From an uncultured bacterium (GTDB lineage Bacteria; Patescibacteriota; Saccharimonadia; UBA4664): a stretch of 39,610 bases of DNA. The translations under genes and the position numbers were made by a program. This document shows positions 1 to 11,150 of the stretch, one piece after another. Every line of letters begins with the position of its first letter. Positions within the stretch are counted from its first letter, which is position 1. The stretch lies in contig CAVUEQ010000002.1 in the NCBI GenBank assembly GCA_963740635.1, forward strand, positions 1-39,610, in the 5' to 3' direction. The notes under the pieces are model-generated. The model had not been told where the DNA came from. It worked only from the letters and a program-made list of their open reading frames with translations, and did not search any database.

Positions 1-2328
1 GGTTTTGCCGGTCTTGCCCGTCACCACGCCGGCTTTAATGCCCACGCCGCCGCGCGCATGGGTGGCGAACTGGTCAACCTTGGTGCGCTTCCCGTAGCCG
101 TTTTCCATTACCACCAGCATCTCGCTGCCGGGCCGCACTACGTCCATGCCCACCACGATGTCGCCGCTGCGCAGCCGGATGCCACGCACCCCACGGGTGG
201 CCCGGCCCATCGGCCGCACTTCGCTCTCCTTGAACCGGATCGCCTGCGCCAGCGCCGTCGACACAATAATCTCGTCTTTGCCGCTAGTCAGTTTCACCCA
301 TTTCAGCTCATCGCCGTCGTCGAGTTTTATCGAGATCAACCCGTTAGCGCGCACATTAGCGTAGTCAGCCAGCGGGGTTTTCTTGACCGTGCCTAGCTTG
401 GTAGTCATAAACAGATATGAGTGGTCGACCTTACTGTCGAACGTCACCAGGCTGGTCACCTTTTCGCCCTGGCCGAGCTGCAGCAGATTGACCACCGGCT
501 GGCCCTTGGCTGTGCGTGACGCCGCCGGAATCTCGTAAACCTTCAGCCGGAAGACCCGTCCCTTATTGGTAAAGAACAACATGAAGTCGTGGTTTTGAGT
601 CAGCACCAGGTGCTCCACCACGTCTTCCTCTTTGGTGGTCATGCCCATAATGCCCTTACCGCCGCGACCCTGGCTTTTGTACGTATTCGCCGGGATGCGT
701 TTGATGTAATTGCCTGTTGTAAGTGTGACAATAACTTGTTCATTCGGAACCAGCTCTTCCTCCGAGAACTTGCCCAATTCTGAGCCCACGATCTGCGTCC
801 GGCGCACGTCGCCGTACTTGGCCTTCAGCTCTTCGAGCTCCTCCCGGATTACGCGCAAAATCTCGCTCTCACTCGCCAGGATTTTCTCGAGCTTGGCGAT
901 TAGCTTCATCAGCTCGGCCAGCTCGTCCTCGATTTTCTTGCGCTCCAGGCCGGCCAGCGTCCGCAGCTGCATCGCCAAAATCGCCCGCGCCTGAATCTCT
1001 GAGAGTTTGAATTGCTTCATGAGGTTTACGCGCGCTTCATCGGTCGTCTGCGAAGCCCGGATCGTCTTGATCACCTCGTCGATGTGGTCGAGCGCGATCT
1101 TGAGGCCTTCCAGCACGTGCGCCCGGTCGCGGGCCTTTCGCAGCTCAAATTCCGTCCGCCGCCGCACCACAATTTGGCGGTGCTTCAAATACTCGCGCAG
1201 CATCATCTCCAGGCTCAGCACGCGCGGCTGGCGGCCGTTGTCCACCAACGCCAGCATGTTGAGGTGGAACGCCGTCTGCATCGGCGTCAGCTTGTAGAGC
1301 TGGTTCAGGATCTTCTTGGGGTATGAATCTTTCTTGAGGTCGATCACGATCTTGGTGCCGTGACGGTTGCTCTCGTCGCGCAGGTCGCTAATGCCCACCA
1401 CCCGTTTGTCCTTCACGAGCTCCGCAATCTTCTCCACCATGGTCGAGCGGTTGACCGCATACGGGATCTCGGTGATCACGATGCTCTCGTGACCTTTCTT
1501 GTCTTCTTTGATCTCGGCCTTGGCGCGCACTACCACGCTCCCCTTGCCGGTCCCGTAGGCCTGACGGATAGAATCATTGCCAAAAATGATGCCTCCCGTC
1601 GGGAAATCCGGGCCCTTTACGCACGTCAGCAGGTCATCAAGCGTCACGTCGTCCTTGTCGATGATCATCACGATGGCGTCTACCAGCTCGCTCAAATTGT
1701 GCGGCGGAATATTGGTGGCCATACCCACGGCGATTCCCATCTGGCCGTTGAGCAGCAGGTTGGGCAGTTTGGACGGCAACGGCCAGGGCTCCTTCTTGGA
1801 GCCGTCGTAGTTGGGGCTAAAATCGACCGTGTCTTTCTCAATATCAAACAGCATTTCCTCGGCAATCGCCGTCATGCGGGCTTCGGTGTAGCGCATGGCC
1901 GCCGGCGGATCGCCGTCCATCGAGCCAAAGTTGCCCTGGCCGTCCACCAGCGGGTAGCGCATCGAAAAGTCCTGCGCCAACCGCACCATGGCATCATAAA
2001 TGGCACTGTCGCCGTGCGGGTGGTAGTTACCCATGACCTCTCCGACCACCGTCGCGCTCTTGCGGAATTTGGCGGTATGTCGAAGACCTAAATTGTTCAT
2101 TACGTAGAGAATTCGCCTATGCACAGGCTTTAAGCCATCACGCACATCGGGCAGTGCGCGGCTCACAATCACCGACATGGCGTAGGCCAAGTAGCTTGTT
2201 TCCATCTCTGTTTCGAGCTTTTGCAGCCGCACCGTGCCAATGTCGGTCTTCACCGCCTCCAGCTCCTCCTCACGCGCCTCGTCGGGATTTTCAGGATTTT
2301 CCAGGTCTTTTATTTCGTCTTCGTCCAT
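1..2328 (-). CDS. gyrA: DNA gyrase subunit A, with the C-terminal end cut by the left window edge (~776 codons present)
   Basis: This minus-strand frame is missing from the ORF track because it runs off the edge. Hand translation from ATG 2328..2326 gives [121 protein letters not shown]-like [12 protein letters not shown] is encoded near 130-200. Confidence 0.93.
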   Translation of the reverse strand, partial: MDEDEIKDLENPENPDEAREEELEAVKTDIGTVRLQKLETEMETSYLAYAMSVIVSRALPDVRDGLKPVHRRILYVMNNLGLRHTAKFRKSATVVGEVMGNYHPHGDSAIYDAMVRLAQDFSMRYPLVDGQGNFGSMDGDPPAAMRYTEARMTAIAEEMLFDIEKDTVDFSPNYDGSKKEPWPLPSKLPNLLLNGQMGIAVGMATNIPPHNLSELVDAIVMIIDKDDVTLDDLLTCVKGPDFPTGGIIFGNDSIRQAYGTGKGSVVVRAKAEIKEDKKGHESIVITEIPYAVNRSTMVEKIAELVKDKRVVGISDLRDESNRHGTKIVIDLKKDSYPKKILNQLYKLTPMQTAFHLNMLALVDNGRQPRVLSLEMMLREYLKHRQIVVRRRTEFELRKARDRAHVLEGLKIALDHIDEVIKTIRASQTTDEARVNLMKQFKLSEIQARAILAMQLRTLAGLERKKIEDELAELMKLIAKLEKILASESEILRVIREELEELKAKYGDVRRTQIVGSELGKFSEEELVPNEQVIVTLTTGNYIKRIPANTYKSQGRGGKGIMGMTTKEEDVVEHLVLTQNHDFMLFFTNKGRVFRLKVYEIPAASRTAKGQPVVNLLQLGQGEKVTSLVTFDSKVDHSYLFMTTKLGTVKKTPLADYANVRANGLISIKLDDGDELKWVKLTSGKDEIIVSTALAQAIRFKESEVRPMGRATRGVRGIRLRSGDIVVGMDVVRPGSEMLVVMENGYGKRTKVDQFATHARGGVGIKAGVVTGKTGKT

Positions 2329-2345
2329 CTTATTGCCTTTGCCTT

Positions 2346-2467
2346 ATGACGGATTTACATGTGTGCAGTTCAAGGAAGTAGCGAGCAACGGACTGAGGCG
2401 TATATGTTAATACGTTGAAGGAGTAGTGGAGCTGCTGACGCCGAAATGTGCCATGTAAATCCGTCAT
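2346..2467. repeat. Perfect 16-bp inverted repeat (ATGACGGATTTACATG / CATGTAAATCCGTCAT) enclosing a 90-nt spacer in the gyrB-gyrA intergenic region
   Basis: The arms are at 2346..2361 and 2452..2467. The right arm abuts the gyrB stop (2469..2471). The spacer holds an inner CGTAT-atgtta-ATACG hairpin and two similar direct segments (GGAAGTAGCGAGC / GGAGTAGTGGAGC). Confidence 0.8.
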
Positions 2468-2468
2468 T

Positions 2469-4631
<2,163 letters not shown>

Positions 4632-4633
4632 TC

Positions 4634-4662
4634 ATTATAGCGCTCCAGGCTATCTGGGGCAA
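4634..4662 (-). promoter_or_regulatory. Candidate sigma70-type promoter for gyrB-gyrA (-35 TTGCCC, 17 nt, -10 TATAAT)
   Basis: The minus strand reads TTGCCC (4662..4657), a 17-nt spacer, then TATAAT (4639..4634), about 50 nt upstream of the gyrB ATG, which has a strong SD. Confidence 0.35.
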
Positions 4663-4702
4663 CCTATAGCGATACCGAGGCCGATGTTGTATCATTACGC
4701 TA

Positions 4703-6196
4703 ATGTTTAGGAAGATCGTCTCTTCGCTATCGTTATCACCGAGTGCCGTCAGCCAACTGACGTTCTACGCCCGCCGCCTCAAACAAGAGCAAGTCACCCG
4801 CTCATTTTCGGCCATCGCGGCCGTTCTCCTGGTGGGCCTCCAGGCTGCGGTCGTTCTGGGCCCGCCCACGCCATCCAATGCCGCCTCCCCCTCAGACATC
4901 ATCCACGGCGGCATCACCTCCCGCACGGACCTGCTGAACCATTATGACCAAAGTGCCGAGCTCCAGTCCATCTACGCGCGCCTCGGCATTACCCGCGCCG
5001 AGCTCGCCGTCACCTCAAAAGCCAAAATCAACACCCTCGACCGCACGCTAAAATCCATCGGCCGCAGCCAGCACGGCGCCAGCGATTACGAGGTTAAAAT
5101 CGGCGCCCACGGCTACTGGATGCAGCCGTTGTATCAATGGGACAGCGGCTGGTTCGCGACTCATGGCTCCACCTACGACGTGCTCCAGGGCCATCGCCGC
5201 GACGGCAGTTATTTCGCGGTCATGTTTCTGTGCGGCAATATTGTGACCAAAACCTACCCGCCGGCTCCCCCGGCTCCCACGCCCAAGCCAACCCCCAAAC
5301 CCACGCCCAAGCCCACCCCGAAGCCAACCCCCAAACCCACCCCCAAGCCGGCTGTCAGCTTGGATTGCACCGAATTCAATGGTGATGCCATCAGCGGCCC
5401 CGCCCCGCTCAGCGTCAAGTTCACCGGCCTCGGCGCCGCCACCGGCCAATCCATCGACGACTACATCTTCGACTATGGCGACTCCAAACTCGACCACAAG
5501 AAAACCGGTTCCGTCGTGCACGTCTACCAAAACCCCGGCAAATTCATCGCCCACCTCCAGGTCCACGGATCGGCCGGCAAAACCACCGACAAAAACGATG
5601 TCTGCAGCTATACCGTCACCGTCACGGCCACTCCGCCCAGCTTCACCAAATCCAAGTCGGCCCTCAACCTCACCCAAAACATCGACGCCACCACCAAACC
5701 AGCCGCCGGCGGCGATGTCATTAAATACAGTCTCCACACCAAGAACATCGGCGGCACCGCCGGCGACTACGTTGTCACCGAGCACATCTCTGACGTTCTG
5801 GAGTATGCCGACGTCACCGACTCCGGCGGCGCCACCCTCACCAACGGCGTGCTCACCTGGCCTTCCCGCAACCTCACCCCTGGCCAAGCCCTGGGCCTCA
5901 CGTTCACGGTCAAAATTAAAAACCCGGTGCCTTCGACCCCCATTGGTATCTCCGACAAAGACAGCTTCGACCTGCGCCTGGACAACGTCTACGGCAATGC
6001 AGTCCAGATCGCGGTCGCTCCCCCGGTATCCAAAGAGATCGAGGCCGCCACTACCAGCCTCCCCGCCACCGGCGCTCCGCTGGCCACCGTCATCGTGCTC
6101 GCGGTCAGCGGCATCAGCCTGTTCTTTTACTTCCGCAACCGCCAGTTAATCACCGAGATTAAGCTGCTCCGCGGCGAATTTCAGAGCGGTCTATAA
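4703..6196 (+). CDS. Sortase-anchored surface protein: N-terminal TM/signal anchor, (TPKP)6 linker, PKD-like domain, DUF11-like repeat domain, LPATG sorting signal
   Basis: Hydrophobic N-terminus (AIAAVLLVGLQAAVVLG). PKD-like PLSVKFTG..FDYGDS..VHVYQNPGKF. DUF11-like GDVIKYSLHTKNIGGTAGDYVVTEHISDVLEY. C-terminal SLPATG plus a hydrophobic helix plus RNRQ, followed by 14 extra residues. Confidence 0.85.
   Translation: MFRKIVSSLSLSPSAVSQLTFYARRLKQEQVTRSFSAIAAVLLVGLQAAVVLGPPTPSNAASPSDIIHGGITSRTDLLNHYDQSAELQSIYARLGITRAELAVTSKAKINTLDRTLKSIGRSQHGASDYEVKIGAHGYWMQPLYQWDSGWFATHGSTYDVLQGHRRDGSYFAVMFLCGNIVTKTYPPAPPAPTPKPTPKPTPKPTPKPTPKPTPKPAVSLDCTEFNGDAISGPAPLSVKFTGLGAATGQSIDDYIFDYGDSKLDHKKTGSVVHVYQNPGKFIAHLQVHGSAGKTTDKNDVCSYTVTVTATPPSFTKSKSALNLTQNIDATTKPAAGGDVIKYSLHTKNIGGTAGDYVVTEHISDVLEYADVTDSGGATLTNGVLTWPSRNLTPGQALGLTFTVKIKNPVPSTPIGISDKDSFDLRLDNVYGNAVQIAVAPPVSKEIEAATTSLPATGAPLATVIVLAVSGISLFFYFRNRQLITEIKLLRGEFQSGL
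5279..5350 (+). repeat. Tandem 12-nt coding repeat encoding (TPKP)x6
   Basis: acg ccc aag cca / acc ccc aaa ccc ... read in frame with the 4703 ORF. Confidence 0.9.
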
Positions 6197-6210
6197 GGTA
6201 GGAATGAATT

Positions 6211-6783
6211 ATGTCAGCTGAACATCTATCACAATCACCGGAGCGCTCGGAACAAGACAACGCCGAGCTCGAAGCCGCCCGGGCCGAGCGCCTGGCCGAA
6301 GTCCGTGAAGCTGCCGGCGAGCACGACCCGGCCGACCACGCCGAGGTGCGCGCCGAACGCGCGCGCGAAGTCATCAACCAGCATGAAGACCAGCCGGAGC
6401 CCGAGACCGAGACCAAGTCCGAGGCCACGCCGCCGGCCAAACACCCCCTGCATATCCTCGACCACCATCTCAACTATTCGCGGACCATGGCCAGCGTCCA
6501 GCGCCGGCTCGGGCCGGTCAGCCGGGGCTTCAGCAAGGTCATTCATGCACCGGCCGTCGAGAAAACCAGTGAGGCGCTCGAGCACACGGTCGCGCGGCCA
6601 TCGGTGTTGCTTGGCACTACCTGGACGGCCCTCATCGTCGGTGGCATCTTCTATTTCACGGCCCGGCATTACGGCTTCTCCCTGTCCGGCTCCGAACTGC
6701 TATTCTCGTTCATCGTCGGAGCTTTACTCGGCCTCGTGCTGGAGGGTATTTGGCACGCGCTCACCATCAAGCGCCGCAAGTAG
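6211..6783 (+). CDS. Hypothetical membrane protein (190 aa): acidic/charged N-terminal half and two C-terminal TM helices
   Basis: SD AGGTAGGA lies 7 nt upstream of the ATG, 14 nt after the LPXTG gene. TM segments are WTALIVGGIFYFTA and LLFSFIVGALLGLVLEGIW. No family was recognised. Confidence 0.6.
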   Translation: MSAEHLSQSPERSEQDNAELEAARAERLAEVREAAGEHDPADHAEVRAERAREVINQHEDQPEPETETKSEATPPAKHPLHILDHHLNYSRTMASVQRRLGPVSRGFSKVIHAPAVEKTSEALEHTVARPSVLLGTTWTALIVGGIFYFTARHYGFSLSGSELLFSFIVGALLGLVLEGIWHALTIKRRK

Positions 6784-7737
6784 CTCCTGCAGGTCACAGG
6801 TTGCCAAGCAGCAGCCCTGGTCACCGCTTCCGTAGTAGACGTACAGTTTGTCACCAACCACGACTGCTCCCTCGGGAAATGTCACATTCTTTATTACCCC
6901 TTCCACTTCCTCAGGCGTTTCAGGGCTCAGGATTGGAGAGGATGTTTCCGCAATGATCTTCCGCGGATCGTGCAAATCAAGCAGAGCCGCCTTAATAGTC
7001 CACTCGGGTTGGCGAGTTAGGTTCGCATTGCAGTAAATAAATAGCCAACCAGCACCGGTCTTAACCGGTGGAGCCCCGACCTCTGCTCCCCTAAGGGTTG
7101 GAGTGATGTGCGGCGGTGCAAACACCGCCCACGTATCGAAATCCTCCAAAGTCTTCGCAATCTGGCCCGGAGGCGGTGCGATGATTTCTTCGATACTACT
7201 TGCGGCCACGCTCATAATGGTCGACTGCGGCCGGTCAGCTTCCCACGTATAAAACCACCAATACTTGCCGCCAATGGGCTCGGGGAAAAGTGTAGCTGCC
7301 TTCGAACGGCTGCCGGCCGGCCCGACAACCCCGTGCTTAATCCAGGACTTGCCGTCCTGGCTAGTTGCCAGAGCGATCCTGATTATCGATTTCCCGTTGG
7401 CACCCTCCCCGACAGCCGTGTAATGCATATAGTAGGTCTTTCCAATCTTGGTAACGCGGGCATCCTCGCAGCCTTCACTGTCGTATGTCTCACCAGGTGC
7501 CACCACGGGTTCAGGGCTTCGGACCCATTGCAGGCCGTCTTTGCTTACAGCGTAACCAATCGAGCTGACATAGCCCCCTTTTTGTTTGTGCTTGACGTCG
7601 TTTGTGGCGCGGTAATACATATGGAAGACACCGTTGTCATGGATGACGCAGGGGTTTAGTACCGATCCCGCTTCCCAGTTAACTCCAGGATTCTTTGCCA
7701 GAACCGGGTTGCCATGATATCGCTCGACCTTGAACAT
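6724..7737 (-). CDS. GH130 (DUF377) family glycoside phosphorylase/hydrolase-like protein (337 aa)
   Basis: NPCVIHDNGVFHMYYRA, IGYAVSKDGLQWVR and EGCEDARVTKIGKTYYMHYTAV match my recollection of the GH130 five-bladed propeller pattern. The ATG is 8 nt after the stop of the giant gene. Confidence 0.8.
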   Translation of the reverse strand: MFKVERYHGNPVLAKNPGVNWEAGSVLNPCVIHDNGVFHMYYRATNDVKHKQKGGYVSSIGYAVSKDGLQWVRSPEPVVAPGETYDSEGCEDARVTKIGKTYYMHYTAVGEGANGKSIIRIALATSQDGKSWIKHGVVGPAGSRSKAATLFPEPIGGKYWWFYTWEADRPQSTIMSVAASSIEEIIAPPPGQIAKTLEDFDTWAVFAPPHITPTLRGAEVGAPPVKTGAGWLFIYCNANLTRQPEWTIKAALLDLHDPRKIIAETSSPILSPETPEEVEGVIKNVTFPEGAVVVGDKLYVYYGSGDQGCCLATCDLQELLAALDGERVPNTLQHEAE

Positions 7738-7745
7738 AATTTCCC

Positions 7746-10700
7746 CTATTCTCCTATCAATACGTTGCCCTTGTCATCAACGTAGACTTCACCCGGCGCC
7801 AACTTTTTGGGCTTGGGAGCATCAGCTTTTTTAACCTCGACAGCCGGCTTTTCGCCGGTTGGCAAAATTAACTTTCCGGTGAGCGGAGCCGCTTCTTTGG
7901 CGGCCGCCGACGGTTCGTTGTGCTCCGCCTCTTCTTTACTGCCCACTGTTTCGGCCGGCTTTTCCAGCCGGTGACGCCGCCGCCGGCCGGCCCGGTTGCC
8001 GCTGCCCGCATCCCCAGGCGCCCCTCCGGCCGGCACTGCCGGCTTTTGGCCGTCCGGCTTCCCAGCCTGTGCGGGGGCAGGCGGCGCGGGCTGGCCGGCC
8101 GGCTTGCCGGGCGCCGCAGGCTGCGGACCGGGCGGTGCGGCTGCGGTCGGTACGGACGGAGACGCGGGTGGCGGTGCCTGAATGGCCTTGGCCTTCGCCA
8201 CATCCCCGGCCGCCAACGACTGCGCCTCAGGCATTCCAAATTCATCAACCTGCAGCTGGGCAACCGGCGCCGGTTCTTGGCTGAGCATCATTGGCTCGGC
8301 ATGCTTAATAACTGCCGCCGCGGGCGGGGCAGGCGGCAAACTCACGGCCGCGCTCGACGGCATTGGCGGCACAGCTCCCGGCTGGCTAGGCGCTGCTGCG
8401 CCAGGAACCGCCACGGCTGGCTTGACACCCGCGCCAGGAACCGGCGCCGGCGTTGTTGGCCGCGACGGTTGTCCCGAAGCTGGACCCGCGGGTTTCGGCT
8501 GATTGGCCGGCGCGGGAGCAGGCGTTGTCGGTTGCACTCCCTCAGCCTTATTCAGTTCAGCAATCTCTTTGGCAAACCGTTCCTTCGAAGGCACTATCGG
8601 TTCAAGCGGCTCTATCACTTTAAGTCCATGGTGCTCAGACGGCGCATATTTGTCGCGGTCGTCTGGTGGCGGTGCCGGTGGCGAGGCCACACCCAGGTCT
8701 ATATTGCCCGTTAGCTGCCGCTCTTCATCTGGATTTGACTGTACCGGCTCGGGCAGGCGGCGGTGTATGGCCGTACTATCCGGCTTTATCAATGACACGC
8801 TGAGTAGGTCGTCAATTACGTGCTCAGCCTTCTTAATCTGTTCCGCCGGCGTCACGTCAGTAGCGGGCTGAGATTGCTGGGTGGGTGCGCTGGGTTTTAT
8901 CAGTTCCCCGGATCCGGGACCAGACGCGGGCGGCGGTGAGGCGGCGGTAGGCTCCATGGCTGGCGTAGCGGGCGCCGCTGGTGCAACGGGTACTGCGGGC
9001 GCGATCGGCGGGGTAGCCGCCGGAGCCGGTTTTGCTTCGGGCGCGGCCTTGGGCTCAGCCTGTGCTGCCGCGGCTACCGGCTCTGGCGCAGCTACCGGCG
9101 CTTCGGCCGGCTTCACGGGTGCCCCTTGGGTATCCACCGGTGTCTCGTGAGGCCGCATATCCGGCGGCAAAGCTTCGGCCACGCTCACGACCGCATCCAG
9201 CGGCGAAGGCGGTGGCGGGACGGCCGGCTTAGCTTCAGGACCGGCGGTCAGTTTGGCCACCAAATCCGCCTGCCCGGCCGGCATGCCGTCTACCTGCGGC
9301 ACGGGCTGCGACTGCGCCGGCGGCGTGGTCTGCGGGGCCGGCTTGGGCATGGGCTGGGACACAGGCGGCAACGGAGCCGGCTGAGGCGCAGCTGATTGCA
9401 CTAATTGCACACCCTCAGGAAGGCCACTGAGCCTCGGTTTACCATCAGGGGTCAAATCCTCGGATGCATCCGGTGAATTCAATAATTTCTCCGCCGCCGG
9501 ATCCACAAAGTGAATCAACGGTCCGCTAACAGCGGGCTGCTGCGGTGCGGGCGCAGGTTCCGGTACCGGTTCAGGCTGGAACTGCGGGGCCGGTTCGGGC
9601 TTGGCCGGCGGGGCCGGCTCGGGTTCGGCCGCTAACACTGGTGCCGGTGCCGGCCTCAACCGCGGTGCCGGTGCCGGCCGCGGTGCCGACGCGGGCTCCG
9701 GCGCTAGCCGGGGCATTGGCTCTGGCGCTGGTACCGGCCGAGGGGCAGGTACAGGCAGCGGTGCGGGCACGGGTGCAGCAATTGGCTCAGGTCCGGCGGG
9801 TTCCGCTATGGGCTCAGGAGCCGGGGTTACGGCTGGCGCTGTCGGGACCGGCTCGCTCGCGGCCACCGGTTCCGGCACCGGCAGGTCAGCTGGTATGCGC
9901 ACAGGCTCAAGCACAACCTCGGGCGCCGGCCCAGGCTCGGACCCGGACCGCGTCTCAATCGGCGGTTCCTCCAGCACCTGTGGCTCCCCGGCAGGTTCAG
10001 GCACATCCAATTGGGCGGACGCAGGCTCGGCGGCCGGCGGCTGAACCGCTGACTCGGCGGCCGGCGGCTGAACCGCAGGCTCGGGCGGCGTCACGGGAAC
10101 AGGCTCAGGCGCCGCCGGTGCGCTTCCCAGCACATCAATGCCGGCATACGGGTCGTCCGCCAGAGGCTGGCCGTCACCCACAACCGGTCCCGCGGAAGCC
10201 GGCTGGGAGGGCGCCGCCTGCGACGCCGATGGGGGCGGCGAATCGCCCAGAATATCGATGTTCGCGTAGGGATCCCCTTCCAGTGGTTGGCCATCGGCCA
10301 CATATTCCGGCTGAGGCCCCTCACCCAGGAGCGGCACATCGTCCAACGGCGACGGCTCAGCAGGCACGGCGGCGTTAACCGGACCTGAACGCCCGCCACC
10401 GGTAATATCACCAATCGACAGCGTGCCGGGGTCGTTCGGCAACGCCACCGGCGGCGCCCCTATCGGCGGTGCCCCAATCGGCGGCGGCGCCGTAGCCAGT
10501 GTTGCCGCCGCGGCTGAGGCCAAGGCTGTCTGCGGCTGTGGGGCATTTTCTCCAACTTGGCTTTGCGCGGCCACGAGTTGTTGTGCCAACTCGTCCTCAG
10601 CGCCGCCCTGCTGCAGCCCGGAGGCCGGAGATGCGGCAGGCTGCGTTAGGGCGGGTACAACTTGAGCGGGTTGCGGCTGCGCAAACGTCGCCTGCCCCGG

Positions 10701-11150
10701 GGCTTGATCGCCAACCGGCAAATCAATCGGCGGCGCGCCAATTGGGGGCGCACCAATCGGCGGTGCGCCGGCCACCAACACGCCAATCGGTGCCTGAACA
10801 GCGTCCATGGCCGGCTGTGAATTTTGCACCGGAACCGGTTGTGCTACAGGACGCTCGGCCAGCGCTGCCCCTGGCGCGGGGGCAGCCGCCGGCGCCGATG
10901 CGAACGCTAATTGCGCCAAAGCCGGCACAAGCTGCGGAGTTGGCAGTGGTGCCGGCGCGGGTTCTGGAACGGGTGGAGGTGCTGGAGCCGGCGCGGGCGC
11001 AGGCTCCGGTTCCGGCGCTGGCGCTACCACCGGTGCGGGTACAGGCGCCGGCGCAGGCCCGGCACTCGGAACGGGACCAGGAGCGGGTGGCGGCGATGTC
11101 ACGGCCGGCGATGCTGCCGCTGCCCGTTCCTTCGAAATCGGCGGCTTCGC
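7746..11150 (-). other. Low-complexity Pro/Ala-rich coding tail of the giant gene, with internal repeated motifs
   Basis: It begins after ..VVEADLIDRLSAKPPISKERAAAAS. It contains APPIGAPPIGAPPI twice (DNA ~10444..10495 and ~10719..10778), and DGQPLEGDPYANIDILGD / DGQPLADDPYAGIDVLGS (DNA ~10120..10300). Many spurious ORFs open in other frames here. Confidence 0.9.

Noticed and set aside
7746-11150. CRISPR-like or satellite repeat array in the repetitive GC-rich region.
   Set aside because: The repeats are in frame in one long ORF and are irregular in period. They encode Pro/Ala motifs, with no repeat-spacer periodicity. No cas genes are present.
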